From: Neodothiora populina
Lineage: Eukaryota
Assembly (NCBI RefSeq): GCF_041146345.1
Contig: NW_027191413.1
Span: 2,852,001-2,916,000, forward strand
Length of the DNA stretch: 64,000 nucleotides
Direction: 5' to 3'
In this document: piece after piece, positions 1 to 12,159 of the stretch
How the letters are laid out: each line of letters opens with the position of its first letter
How positions within the stretch are numbered: the first letter of the stretch is position 1
The notes under the pieces: generated by a model
What the model saw: the letters and a program-made list of their open reading frames with translations, nothing else
The model's database searches: none
Told to the model about the DNA's origin: nothing
Position numbers and translations under genes: made by a program

Positions 1-1899
1 GCAACCAATCCTTCACAAGTCCGTACTTGGGCTTTGACATGCCAGCCTACTGCAGATGCCACCCGGACAAATGAGGCGGTCTGACGACCGGTGGAATTGA
101 TTGTTACAACAGTCTTAGTCGGCATTAGAAATGGCATCAGCGATTGATGAAGGCGGAAGGTATCCGCCAAGACTTCTTAGAAATGAGACGACGAAGACTC
201 TACAGAGTTTGTCCCTGGTTCAGTCGGTGGAATGCTGCAAAATTTCGGCCAGTCTGCAGTCTTGTAAGTAGGAAAAGGCAGGCCGTTCTAATATTTTCGT
301 TTGTTCGATATGTCGCCAAGGCTGCGAAAAGTCCAGAGGATACGTGAGGTACAGTCCGTTTGATACTTTAGCGATGTCTGCCGATCTGCCGGAATGGCTA
401 AAAGTAAGAGGAAGATGAAGGGTGATAAACAGAAGAAGGATGGAGGGGTGCTGAAGTCTAGTTGCTGGAACGGGCAAGCCCAATTATTTGTACCACCAAT
501 GTACGAACTTTCGTAGAGCTTCTGAGAGGAAAAAAAAGGACTATGATGCCACTCGTCTATTCGTGCGGGGAAGAAAAGTCGACTCTCCAGCGGGGCGATG
601 AGAAAGAAATCAAGGGGATGGATGGAACTGCAGCAGGCCCAGCGCTCGTGCGACTTCCCAGCAATAAGAAGACTAATCTTGGACCATCATCTCATGAATC
701 ATTCCTACACATTCTGGCGCCATTCGCCATAAATGGACAGGACCACATGCGGTGAGCTGTTGCAATTTTACCTCGAGGGAAGTCACTCTTAGGTAATAGC
801 CGGTCTCGGGCTCGATCGTCCAGGGTCGCCAAGCCAGAGTCCTCGAACACGTGCTACCTATACCGTCTTGCGACACGATCAGATCGAGAATGTTTTCCTG
901 GTGACGAATAGCATGGTTTCGTTGTTGCGCACAACACGGGATTGGTTGCTCTTCTGCATACGAAGTGCAGTCGTACTCGAATGTCTAGCATGTAATTGCT
1001 GATTCACTGCGGGGAAGGGTTTACTGCTGCGGCAGGCGCGTAGTGGCTGCATGCAAGGCAAGACGTGTGGCGCAAGGGCACACTTCATATGTTAGGAGTA
1101 TTTAGTTGTGTGCAAAGGACGTCCACGGTTGAATAGACATCAAGGCACTCCAACTGCATGCGGCCCACACTGTGACTGCCTATCTTGGTTACTTGCGAGA
1201 GATACCATTACAGCTGAAAACTCAATGCATTGTCACATACCTTGAAGCTTTCATAATCGTCTCTTGGATATGCTAGTGGAGAATTCATCTAACTTCGGCA
1301 CGACCCTCCGAATCACCCTAATGGAGGGACAACGCTCGCCTTCTACAAGGTACCTACTTGTGCGCAAATTGCAGTGACCGCGTACAACCGGACGTCAACG
1401 TGGCAGAATGTCTTGTGATGCGAACCCTAGATATCGCAGTGCAAGCGAGCGTACTGTACCACGAGACCGTGGCGAGGGTGCGCGACTCTACAGGACGTCC
1501 GTGTGGCAGAGTGTACAGGACAAGTACAGCACTTCCTCCGGGCCGTGGACCATTCGGCTGATCTGCGTATTCTAAGTTACCTCACTTCACACAGATTTGT
1601 CTATCGATTCGTCGCATTCATGCGGGGAGTAAGTTGTGGTTTCGGAGTTCATTCCAACTACAAGATGTAATCAGAAAACTCACTCAGGTATCCACAAACA
1701 GATGGGTCAATCGCCAAATATACTCCACAAGGCACGCGTAAGTATCGTGTTAATAACAAACAGCCATGCTCTCCTGATGTACGTTTGGGTACCCTGCGAA
1801 AAACCCGTGTCCTGCTGTGTTGATCGCTCTAAGGAGGTTGCTTTGTGGAGAACGCGGCACCAAAGTGCCCAAGTGATGGATCTGTAGCCGCACAAGTGA

Positions 1900-3250
1900 A
1901 TGACCCGTTCCCAGCCCGGCTGCCACCTCGATCAGGTTGTCGTTCAGACGGCACTAAGTATGACGACATACTAAGTCTTTCCGCTCTCATACCTTGCCTT
2001 GCCTTGCATTGAAGATACAAGTATCTTACTACTGAATCAAGGTAGCGACCTTGAAGTCCGACTGTACAGTGATTCTTACAGGACTCTTCCTTGGAACCTA
2101 AGAAGGTGTCATGCATTCATAGCATACCCCGCTTGATGGTACACCCAAAGGCCCTCGCAGTCTTGAGTTTCCACTTCCGTTGACGCCAGCCAAAAATCTT
2201 CTTCGTGCTGTGCTCAAGTGTGTCAACAGCACTTCGTGATTTGGTAATAAAGCCTTGGCTTCCATCCTTCCGTGCCCAAGGGATGCGTTTCTCCGTGGAA
2301 CCCATCCACATGTTGCCTTGCTCGTCATAACCAACATCGAGCTCGAAATCACGGGAACCTGTATTATCGCTCGTACATACTAGATCTGGGCACTACATCT
2401 ACTGTACGTCTACTGTTCGTGCGAAAGGGGGCGGCATCATTCATAGGAATCTACCTTGTACGTTTCTATGACACATACACAATCGGGCAGCCGTTGGGGA
2501 CGCAATGTCAATCCATTGCGCGTCACAGTCACGAATCCATGATCCTCACTGTCGAGATGGCTGAAGTCGCTACATCCCAATGGACCTGGTCCGCGACTTC
2601 CGAGGTGTGTAACTTGAGAAGACCTTGTTGGTCTGCACTACTGCAAGATCCGGGACATCTGCGCTATATCAGTGATGGCAGTCGTCGAAGCAAGTGAATG
2701 TAGCACAGATGGTCTGGTTCGAAAATCTGCTGACAAGCTTGGGAAATAAAATCTACCTACGTTATACAACTCAGTAGAAGATATGAGCGAACAGTGACGA
2801 CTGCACAAGTGGCATCGGTCATATGACCGCCTCCCCAGAACCATATCGGCATAATTTAATATTGATGGTTAACCAGCACTAACAGCACTGTTTTGCTAAT
2901 ACGCACGCAAAAAGGACAGTGGTGTCGCAAAACGAGTTGCACCATCCGTGAATCGAACACGGGGCTGGTCGAACTTGCTGCGAAAGCTGGCAACGACCAA
3001 GTTTACCACTAACCCAATGGTGCTTTTGTTGGAGTGCGAAGAATTTATCCGAGATATATCCTTAACGGCAAGATACAAGGGCAGTAACCCTCCAGACATT
3101 GAATCTAAACATATAGCGCTTCGCTGGTATTGGATATCTCAGGGTTGAAGGGAGGCTTGTGAGTCGTACACTGGGAATGCACGCGTGCTAAGGTGCGTCC
3201 ATAAGTCTGGATAAAGCACAAACGGGTTGTCAGTGCGTTTATACTCATAG
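1900..3250 (+). mobile_element. Heavily degenerate Ty1/copia-type retrotransposon relic (RT and RNase H fragments)
   Basis: Stop- and frameshift-riddled peptides appear in the order expected for copia pol: DGTKYDDILS (~1946; cf. GIDYxETFS), TQCQSIA and CWSALL...LRYISDG (2500-2680; cf. YQSxVG...HWxAxKRxLRYLKG), ARKKDSGVAK...GWSNLLRKL (2900-2990; cf. SKKQxxVA...WLxxLLxEL), ESKHIALRWYWI (3101-3136; cf. RTKHIDIRYHFI) and *STNGLS (~3212; cf. QxADGLT). No LTRs were recognised and the boundaries are approximate. Confidence 0.5.
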
Positions 3251-3568
3251 CTCGACCTCATACAATGAACGCATTTTAGAGCATCTAGATGCTGTGGTGT
3301 AAGACTTGGTGTGTACTCATCAGAGTAGTCTAGTACGATATAGTATGCTGAGGGGGCTAGAACCGCTTAGCGTGGCGTACATCATCAAGACTTGCCGTGC
3401 TAGCAATGACTATCCTATCACTGCCCGGAGAAAATCTCTCGTGTCACCATTCTTCCAAGGCTCGAAAGATGAGTGCAAAGGGACTTGAGAAAGATCTTCT
3501 ACGTCTCATCAACGGGGCGAAGATTCCAGAAAGCCTACATTAGCGTGGTGCCCAGTCGATATTGAGGG

Positions 3569-4718
3569 TTAGAGGTGAGGCGTGACTTCGTCAAGATAGG
3601 GTATAGCTGCCATAGCACCGTGCTTTTCGACAGAGCGAGCGGCAGCGGCATTCGCGAAGACCAAATCGTTCGTTGGATCAGCAGAGAATTTACCGCCGTT
3701 TTTTGCAACCTTCACCGCAAGTGCGCCTACGAATGTGTCGCCGGCAGCAGTCGTATCGACGACCTTCGTCTTCTGTCCTTGGACGTGCTTGCAATTAATT
3801 GTTCCAATCTCCGACCGCTTAGCGTAATATGCACCCTGAGAGTTTGACTTAGAAATATGAACGTCCACATTGATCAACGCCGCACTGCCCACTTACTTGC
3901 GCTCCAAGCGTGACTATGTATACATCACGAACTCCACGATCGAGGAACTGCTTGCAGACAGCAGGGCAGTCATCTACCCGGAGAGGTTGAGATGATTCAC
4001 GAAGAATGTCTGCTTCGCTTTCGTTCGTAATGAGACAATCGATATATCCATAGAGGTCCTCCGGTAAAGGTGTTGCTGGTGCAGTGTTCAGGATGACCTG
4101 TACATAAATCAGAAAACAGACGACCTCATCCTGTGGTCGAGAAATGTGCTCACGTATTTGCCTTTCTTGTGTGCTAGCTTGATATTGTGAATGACCTATG
4201 ATTATGAGTATCGCACGGCGCAAATCACCAATTAAACCCTGCCGTACCTGTTGAAAAGGAATCTCCATTTGAAACACCACAACATCTGCGTCTTCAGGTA
4301 CAAGGTCTTTTGCGTCATCTCCAATTGCATAATTTGCTCCCGGGAAGAAGAGAATCCTGTTCTCGCCACTATCCTCCTCGACAATGATGTTGGCCGTTCC
4401 AGTCTTTCCGTCCGGGATACGTTGAACGTGGGAGGTATCGATATGATCCTTTTCCAATGCAGATATGAAGTCTGATCCAAATATGTCTTCTCCCACTGCA
4501 CCAACCATACTAACTTTGATTTCCATGGTATCCGGTACCGAGCCATCCTTGTTGTGGGCTAAACGAGCACATGCTACTGCTTGATTTGCACCTTTGCCAC
4601 CAAACCCTGTGTCAAAAGAAGACACTCTCAGAGTCTCTCCGCCAGAAGGCACACGTGGTGTTCTTGTGATGCAGTCCACATTCAGGGAGCCAATAACGGC
4701 AATTGTACCCTTGACCAT
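3569..4718 (-). CDS. RBK1: Ribokinase (PfkB family), 4 exons
   Basis: Motifs GSLNVD, GGKGANQAVACARL, GAVGED, ITNESEA, VTLGAQG and DTTAAGDTFVG. GT-AG introns are at 4247-4196 (52 nt), 4153-4098 (56 nt) and 3896-3836 (61 nt), and the spliced frame is continuous. Confidence 0.95.
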
Positions 4719-5079
4719 CTCGGAAGAACGTTCAGCTGGATCACGAGGTCAAATTTGCACGACAGTACCTCAGGCTCAGATTCTGACGAGTTGCGGCTCA
4801 CTTAATGAATGTGTAGACTCTGTAGAAATCATACAGGAGAGAAGATTTGTGTTGAAGGTGTTATTGTAATACACTCAGCTGGTAGTGGTGATAACCTGAG
4901 GTAAGTGTACAGCGTGGAGCAGGTTGTGACGTATTTTGTTGACTCAGGTCGCCAAGACGTTTCTATCTTCCCCTCAAGCTCGTATGTTCCCCTCCTCTTC
5001 TGTTAATCTCACGACAGTGAATATACATTTGAACAGGACAGCCCACTTGTGATCTATATCACTTCTGCACGCCGGAATT

Positions 5080-5904
5080 ATGCTACTTCTGGGCCTAACT
5101 GGTAGTATCGCTACCGGGAAATCAACAGTCTCTTCGCTGGTGTCTAGCCCTCCACACAACCTCCCGGTAGTGGATGCAGACAAAATCGCGCGACAAGTTG
5201 TAGAACCCGGCACTCCAGGATATAAAGCAATTGTAAACCACTTTGGCCCTCTCACACCCAATCTGCTTCTCCCTGCTTCAGATCCAGCGAGCGGTGGTGA
5301 GAATGGTCCATTAGGAAAGGGACGCCCATTGAATCGCCCCGCGCTGGGAAGGGCGGTCTTTGGTGATGGAAAGGAACAAGATAGGAAAGTCCTGAATGGC
5401 ATTGTCCATCCCGCTGTGCGTAAGGAAATGTATAAGCAAATGCTCACTGCGTATCTTCGGGGTCACTGGGCTTGCGTACTGGACATTCCATTACTGTTCG
5501 AGAGTGGGTGGGAGCCGTTGTGTGGAACAATCATGGTTGTGGCTGTTCATGATGCGGAGGTACAGATGCAGAGATTGAGAGACAGAGATGCATTTTTGAC
5601 GGCTGAGGATGCGAAAAATCGGGTCGCTAGCCAATGGGATGTACGAGACAAAGCCGAGCGCGCGCTTGCACGTGGCCAAAAAAGTGGCGTCGTGGTGTGG
5701 AACGATGGAGATAAAGATGACCTACGACATGAGGTGGACAGAGTGATGAAGGTAGTCAAGACTGGGAGCCCTTCATGGTGGGCTTGGCTCTTGTTGCTAT
5801 GTCCGCCACTCGCCATCAGTTCTGGTGCATGGAATTATGTTTGGGGCTGGTGGGTCAAGAGAAATTGGGAACAAGAAAAACTAAAGCAGAAGGCAAAACT
5901 TTGA
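5080..5904 (+). CDS. CAB5: Dephospho-CoA kinase
   Basis: Single-exon 274 aa ORF with GLTGSIATGKST P-loop, VDADKIAR, LNGIVHPAVR and LDIPLLFE. It has a hydrophobic C-terminal segment and ends in -AKL. Confidence 0.95.
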   Translation: MLLLGLTGSIATGKSTVSSLVSSPPHNLPVVDADKIARQVVEPGTPGYKAIVNHFGPLTPNLLLPASDPASGGENGPLGKGRPLNRPALGRAVFGDGKEQDRKVLNGIVHPAVRKEMYKQMLTAYLRGHWACVLDIPLLFESGWEPLCGTIMVVAVHDAEVQMQRLRDRDAFLTAEDAKNRVASQWDVRDKAERALARGQKSGVVVWNDGDKDDLRHEVDRVMKVVKTGSPSWWAWLLLLCPPLAISSGAWNYVWGWWVKRNWEQEKLKQKAKL

Positions 5905-6248
5905 GTGGGTGCGCTGTTCGTTTTTATTTCCAGTCTTTCATCCATACCCTGAGCTTGCAGTGTCATTAGACTATCTGTAAGTTGACGCCCAGCTGCGCTG
6001 GTTTTGGTTGAGCAGGAATCGCATACAGTGCTATGCTACACAAGGTCAACTGTGCGACTTGCGTGTCCAACATGACTTGCTGACTTGAACCTGAGGAAGT
6101 CTTCACGTTCGTAACTGTCTTTGCTTTTATCTATTTCGGAAAAATCTCTTTTCGTTCGCTCGGAACCCCCTGCACTCCTACCATCTACCTCTTCAACCAT
6201 TCAAAATTCTCACGAGCAAATCGTGTTACGGTCACCCTTGATCACTAG

Positions 6249-9137
6249 ATGTCTTGGACCATTCAACCTTCTGCCATCGATGATGGATTCGACTTCATCC
6301 CTGAGCGCTCTCCCCAACCTCTTCCACGCCATGTCAACTACCATCATTGTGCTGAGCCTGGCGATTTCAGGAGCGCCGTTGACGATCGATGTAAAACTGA
6401 CTATGACTTCGTTCCTGACCATGGATCCTACCCTCCACGGGAAAGCCACAACAGGGCCAGCGATCCGCAACTTCCGAACATAAAAATCTCCCGTTCTGCC
6501 AAAGCCATCGCCGTTACCAAGTCTAGCAAGCGCAGCGAAATGAAACCAAAAGAAGCTTGCAAAGAACCGGTCAAGACAAAGACAAAATCGAAGCATCACA
6601 GAGGCATTGTCATACGAAGCCAGGATGGAAAGACTGACTTCAAGCGTAATCCCTGGACTATTGCATCCGCTTCTGTAGAAGCAGTTGATGTCGCTTCAAT
6701 CCCTCCTCTCGAGAAATCTGTACATGATGAGGAAGCGAAAGTCGAAGTGGCATCCTCAGCTGGCCTTCGAAAGCGTATGATCCGCATTGCTGCACGAGAC
6801 GGTCAGGAGAAGTGGTGTGACGTACCCTTTCCCCTGCACTTCACCAAAAGTGAGCCCGAACGAACATCAAATCTGCAGGACCCGCCAAAGACTTCTGAAG
6901 ATATCTCACCCTTGACAATGATTCATCGTCTTAAAGACGAGAGTCATGGCGGAGCGATGGCCAACATTGAGCACAGAGAAGCTGCAAAGCGATGGCGCGA
7001 ATACAAGAAAAGACATACGCAGAGAGATTGTGAGTCAAGTACTTCGGCCAACTTGGATCAGGGTGGCATCTTGCGGGATACAGCTATGAAGGACCATGAA
7101 GAGCGCAATGCTGCCGTTGAATCCGAGAAAGCATCGCATAAGCATGCCTATGCCAAGCGAACCGAAGACAAATTGAAGCGCAAGACATTACTTGTTGAGC
7201 CAGAAATCACACCGGATGACTCAATCTCCGTCTGTAGTGTCCCGCAGAAGAGAACAACGACTAGTACAATTGTCGAAAGATTTTCCACTGCACTCGCATA
7301 CATTGACTGTTCTGGCAAGGCCCCTTCGGCTCATGATAGTGCCATTGGTTTTGCTGGTGTACATGCTAATATTCCCTCACATGTTGTAACTACGAGTTCA
7401 CACAAGTCTACAGATAGCGATGCCCATGCAACCTCAACAAGATCGAACAAGGGACGTCCATTGCCATCAGCCGTAGCATGGGATGAGGTTGGATCTATGA
7501 CCATAAACTCGCAATCCACCTCACAATCTAGCTGTTCGCAATCCGAGACTACTTCAAGTATCTCATCTACCGCCAACTCCGTATTAAGAAGCTCAGAAGG
7601 TAGATCCGAGGTTCATGTAGAGCCTCGAATTTCTTCGTGTGCAGGAAATGATCGTACGCGGTCCGTCAGAAACTCATCCACAGTGGCCTTTGAGAAGACT
7701 ACAGCTTCCAGGAGCTCACGACGGCCCATCAACCATGATAAGGCTATCTCATCACCCACGTTACTTTCATCGGTTCACTCGAGGAGTATCCTGACTAGCA
7801 TACGAACAGCCCCAGCTAGTAGTGTTGTTCGCATTCGAGAAGATTCGCCGACATCGACTTGCCTCGATGGAGAAGATACAACTTTTTCAGAAGCGGCTGA
7901 TCTTATTGACCTCGGTGACATGGCGCCGTCGCAAGGTCAAACAAACATGTCACTCGAGCGTAAAAGCCAACGACAAACATGCTTGGAGACTACAGCTCAG
8001 ATGACTCCCTCTGTGTGGCCTGGAGTGATGTACGGTCAAGCTCCAGAGCAGATGTTGGTCTATGCGCCTTATGTTGATGCGATCGTCGAGTCAGTCACTG
8101 CTTCGGAACATGACTACGACCACAGTCCAGACTTTGATGATAACTCTTCGATTCGATCTCACGTATCAGGTCCTCGGTCCATGCAAAGCCAAGCAGAGCA
8201 CCGTCATCAGCGACGCGCAGCTGCAGTTACAAGTAGAGGTCTTGTAGTGAAAGCAAACCACGGAAAAGGCCAGAAGCACAGAACGCAGCCAGATATGACT
8301 GTAATGCATGATGATAATGCCACTGTCTACAACTGGCCCAATACGGATCATGCTGTAGGAGACTCGAGGAGCTCTAGTGCTAGCCATACATCACATCGAG
8401 CACCGCCAACTGTCGTATCTTCATACTCTGGAAGTTCTTCAATGCGATCAGATGAAGTCGATTGCAGGGTTCCTGGCAATATCACGCCGCATCCTCTCAG
8501 CTATGTTTCATCGAATGCTGCAGTACTCCAAGCTCCTGCGTGTGAACCGTCGTGGCTGAATCGACACGTTGCTTCTGATCTGGACAGTCAAACATCTCAC
8601 TATACCTCGATGGTATCTCATGAGCCGCTGACCGTAGATGAAGATCTGATTTCTGAGAACAACATTGCTGAACCCAAAATCGAACCCCGCGAGACTTATA
8701 TACCAACTGAAGCCCATCAGACGTCTCCTCGTACAGGTCCAGCAAGCCAAGCTACATCCCATGCAACACGTGTCACGTACGTCCAGCCTACGGTCGAGGA
8801 TGAGAATTCGTCTCCGCTCTCAGAGCAACGCGACACAATCGATGAATGTGGGTTTACCACATTCGACGGTGTGCACTCCAGTGGTGACTCACAGCCGACT
8901 CGCCGTAAGTACAGACGTGAGATGACTACACATGAACTGCGAAGACGTCAGCCAGGTCCAGACAACGGACCGAGCATTATCTCTCCGCTATTGCATTACG
9001 ATTCCGTGGATGTCACTCCTGACTTGGCGGTTGAATACACGCCATACGTCCAGCGAAGACGCACCCCCTCGGGAAATGTCCGAGCTACTTCGGCATCACC
9101 GGTGTCCTACTACGTAAGGACTTTATCGCGCAGGTGA
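6249..9137 (+). CDS. Hypothetical Ser/Thr-rich, probably disordered protein (962 aa)
   Basis: Uninterrupted 2.9-kb ATG-initiated ORF, far longer than chance. No domain recognised. Confidence 0.7.
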   Translation: MSWTIQPSAIDDGFDFIPERSPQPLPRHVNYHHCAEPGDFRSAVDDRCKTDYDFVPDHGSYPPRESHNRASDPQLPNIKISRSAKAIAVTKSSKRSEMKPKEACKEPVKTKTKSKHHRGIVIRSQDGKTDFKRNPWTIASASVEAVDVASIPPLEKSVHDEEAKVEVASSAGLRKRMIRIAARDGQEKWCDVPFPLHFTKSEPERTSNLQDPPKTSEDISPLTMIHRLKDESHGGAMANIEHREAAKRWREYKKRHTQRDCESSTSANLDQGGILRDTAMKDHEERNAAVESEKASHKHAYAKRTEDKLKRKTLLVEPEITPDDSISVCSVPQKRTTTSTIVERFSTALAYIDCSGKAPSAHDSAIGFAGVHANIPSHVVTTSSHKSTDSDAHATSTRSNKGRPLPSAVAWDEVGSMTINSQSTSQSSCSQSETTSSISSTANSVLRSSEGRSEVHVEPRISSCAGNDRTRSVRNSSTVAFEKTTASRSSRRPINHDKAISSPTLLSSVHSRSILTSIRTAPASSVVRIREDSPTSTCLDGEDTTFSEAADLIDLGDMAPSQGQTNMSLERKSQRQTCLETTAQMTPSVWPGVMYGQAPEQMLVYAPYVDAIVESVTASEHDYDHSPDFDDNSSIRSHVSGPRSMQSQAEHRHQRRAAAVTSRGLVVKANHGKGQKHRTQPDMTVMHDDNATVYNWPNTDHAVGDSRSSSASHTSHRAPPTVVSSYSGSSSMRSDEVDCRVPGNITPHPLSYVSSNAAVLQAPACEPSWLNRHVASDLDSQTSHYTSMVSHEPLTVDEDLISENNIAEPKIEPRETYIPTEAHQTSPRTGPASQATSHATRVTYVQPTVEDENSSPLSEQRDTIDECGFTTFDGVHSSGDSQPTRRKYRREMTTHELRRRQPGPDNGPSIISPLLHYDSVDVTPDLAVEYTPYVQRRRTPSGNVRATSASPVSYYVRTLSRR

Positions 9138-9736
9138 AGTATTTTCTCCAGTCTCGTGGCAGCTCGTATATGCAATGGGATGATACATGGATCATACCCT
9201 AGATCTTCAACTTCATAGATTATGGCGCCGGTCTCGAGACCTCGGGATTGATTGTAGTTGAGAGCGATGGACCATTTATATGAAGCGGGCGAGGGTTTCC
9301 GGAGAGAGGCATGGTATTGTAAACAACCACTTGGCCAATACGGCCACTAGCGAAGAGGCTTCACATTTCCAACGGCGATTGCAGTCAAGACATCATGGCA
9401 TGGCGTTAATTAACATTACACTCAGACTTTATTAGCCAAGCTTGAGGAAATCATCCACTGCATACGCGTCCAACACCGAGTGCGCGATGATGATGTGGTA
9501 GCCAATTATTTTCCTTGAAATTGTGATGCTTGTTGGAAAAAATGCTATACTAAGTGGCCTTGCTGTTGTGCTTTGAGGGATGACGATGAGATATGATATG
9601 ACACAGCTGGGTGTAGGACAAAGCTCGGACGACCAAGTGCATACCTCATTTTAAACTTGCAGCAATCTCGCATGAAATTACTACAGAACAATACGCTGAT
9701 GCTGGTACACCTTTGATCGAGGAAACACATGATGTT

Positions 9737-10904
9737 ATGAGCTCGTCGCAATTTCCCACAAGTCAAGTAGCACGACTCACTGGGCACAATGGTGTGTGTC
9801 TTATAACCATCCAGAGCATAGCAATAGCGCGTACTAAACCCTCACAGGACAAGTCCTCGCCCTTACATACAGTGCTGGCACTGGTCAATATGTACGAATA
9901 TCTGAGACTATCAATTAGATACCGGCAGAATAAAACAATAACAACCCAAACAGATCCTGACGGGATCGTCTGACCGGACCGTCCGCCTGTTTAATCCTCT
10001 TACCGGCAATCTGATCCAGACCTACGCAGCGCACGGCTACGAAGTGCTCGATTTGTCTGTGGCTGAAGCCAACGACCGCTTCATCAGCGTGGGAGGTGAC
10101 AAGACTGTGTTCCTGTGGGATGTCGCCACTGCTCAGACGTTGAGGAGATGGACCGGCCATGGGAGAGGCATCAACGCTTGCGCGTTTGGAGGTCCGGGAG
10201 ATTCTGTCATCATCACTGGGAGTTTTGATGCTACTGTCAAAATATGGGATACCAAGCAACGCTCTGAGAAGCCCATCATGAACTTGACCGATGCTACCGA
10301 CAGCGTCTCTTCGATCGACGTGGTGGGCGCAGAGATCATCACTGGCAGTGTCGATGGACGCGTACGGAGCTATGATCTGAGAATGGGTTATATGGATCAA
10401 GACGTGATTGGACGTGAGTGCATGATTTCATTTCTATCATATGTTTCAAGAAATGGAAATGCTGACAGAGCGACCAATGTTACAGCTCCAATCAACAGCA
10501 TTACCAGTACAAAGACCAACGACTCTTATCTCGTCAGCACACTCGACTCAACCCTGCGGCTGATGGATAAACGAGACGGCAAACTACTGCAAGCATTCCG
10601 AGATTCGGACTACACTAACACGGTCTATCGCACAAGATCTACCCTCGCTGCCGCAGACAGCGTCGTCATTTCTGGTAGCGAAGATGGTCAGATCTATGTT
10701 TGGGACCTGCTGGAAGGCCGTGTCTTGCATAAGCTCAGGCACACCCAGTCTGCCCTTACTGATGGAAGATACTCATCTGAACCAGGTGCTCAGCCCGCAT
10801 CTGCCAAGAAGGCTGTGGTGAGTGCTGTTGTTTGGAATCAACTCAGGCATCAGTGGGCGAGTGCTGGCAGTGATGGTTCCGTCGTTGTTTGGGGTAATCA
10901 GTAA
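9737..10904 (+). CDS. WD40 repeat protein, MORG1/WDR83-like, 4 exons
   Basis: Spliced start MSSSQFPTSQVARLTGHNGQVLALTYSAGTGQYILTGSSDRTVRLFNP, followed by repeated GH...WD units (GGDKTVFLWD, GSFDATVKIWD, GSVDGRVRSYD, GSEDGQIYVWD). Introns are at 9792-9847, 9892-9953 and 10414-10485. Confidence 0.85.
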
Positions 10905-12122
10905 TCATTTATCCTGCGATGGGAAGACTCAATACAGCAAAGCTCTATAAAGAGGACATGACACTGGTCCAACGACAAACACATGCTGATGGATATCTCA
11001 TCCCAACCCACCTTGATCGTGGAAGGGGACGCTTTGACCATGATGTTACACAGGCCCCCTGTCAACCTGGTTCGCAGCGCATCTGTGAGCATGGTAATGT
11101 CATCTTGGTAGGCGCATGCTTACCATGGCCGTGGACCTGACCAGAGGCAAAGTCGTGGTAGAAGAAGGTTAAAAGGACATGATCCAGTCCAAAGATGGGA
11201 GATACGGAAGATCAGGCGGGGTCGACACATCAACACGAGCACATTGCCTGGGTTTTTAGTATTACACAACTCTCCTCTCAAAAAACCAAATCAATACTCT
11301 AATCACATTGTCTTTCGTGTTCGGGTTTTATTCGACTTGCATCAGATGAAGGAACAATCCGGTAAGTACGCCTTGTGCAAAGTACACTATACACTTCTAG
11401 CCGCAAGGCGCAGCAGCAGTCGTCGTATTTTCCTCTGGCTCGGCCTGCTTCCAGAGCATCGTCCAGCCATTCGAAACCTATAGTAAACGAATTCCTCGAA
11501 ACATAGATGGGACAGGTTATATTTGTACAATCCCAGCTGTGCTATCAGCCATTCTGCCACACAATGTCCGTTGTGAATCCAACAGAGCAGAGCGGTACGT
11601 TAGACTAGATAGACGCCGTAGTTTGGTCGGCTATCAATGTTTATATTTAGTCACAGCAGCAGCCAGTAGCCAGTAGCGACCAAGCCAGCCCCAAGTCTCC
11701 TCTGTCTAGGCAGTTCCACAGTGTCGGGTCACAGTCCTTCCAGCAAGTGCATCTGCAAAAATAGAAACAGCAAAGCAAGCTTTTTCAGTCTCCATTCTTG
11801 AGACACGAAGGGAGGGGGAAATGGGGCATGGTCACGGGAAAAGCGAAGCGAAAATGGCGACATTCATTGCGACAAGAGCACGCGAATCAGCTGTGGAGAC
11901 TGACCACTTTACGGTACCTTACCTTGCTGTGCGCTCTAGTACTGTAACAGTGTTAGTTTGGGGGTTTAGTCACCCTACTGTAGCAGAGCCCACACTGCGC
12001 GTGCGCGGCGGATGCGGGGAATAGAAAAGCGAGGGGAACAGGGAGAGAGAGTGGAAGACGATTGTGAGGTCTCTTTGTTTTCTGTATACGAACTGTAATT
12101 GACTCTCGGATGAGCCCATGCT

Positions 12123-12123
<1 letters not shown>

Positions 12124-12156
<33 letters not shown>
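12124..12156. repeat. (TGC)11 microsatellite
   Basis: Perfect trinucleotide run upstream of the 12619 gene. Confidence 0.95.

Positions 12157-12159
<3 letters not shown>

Noticed and set aside
3569..3590. Ribokinase C-terminal -PHL as a PTS1
   Set aside because: It is a non-consensus variant in an acidic context (LDEVTPHL), too weak to claim.
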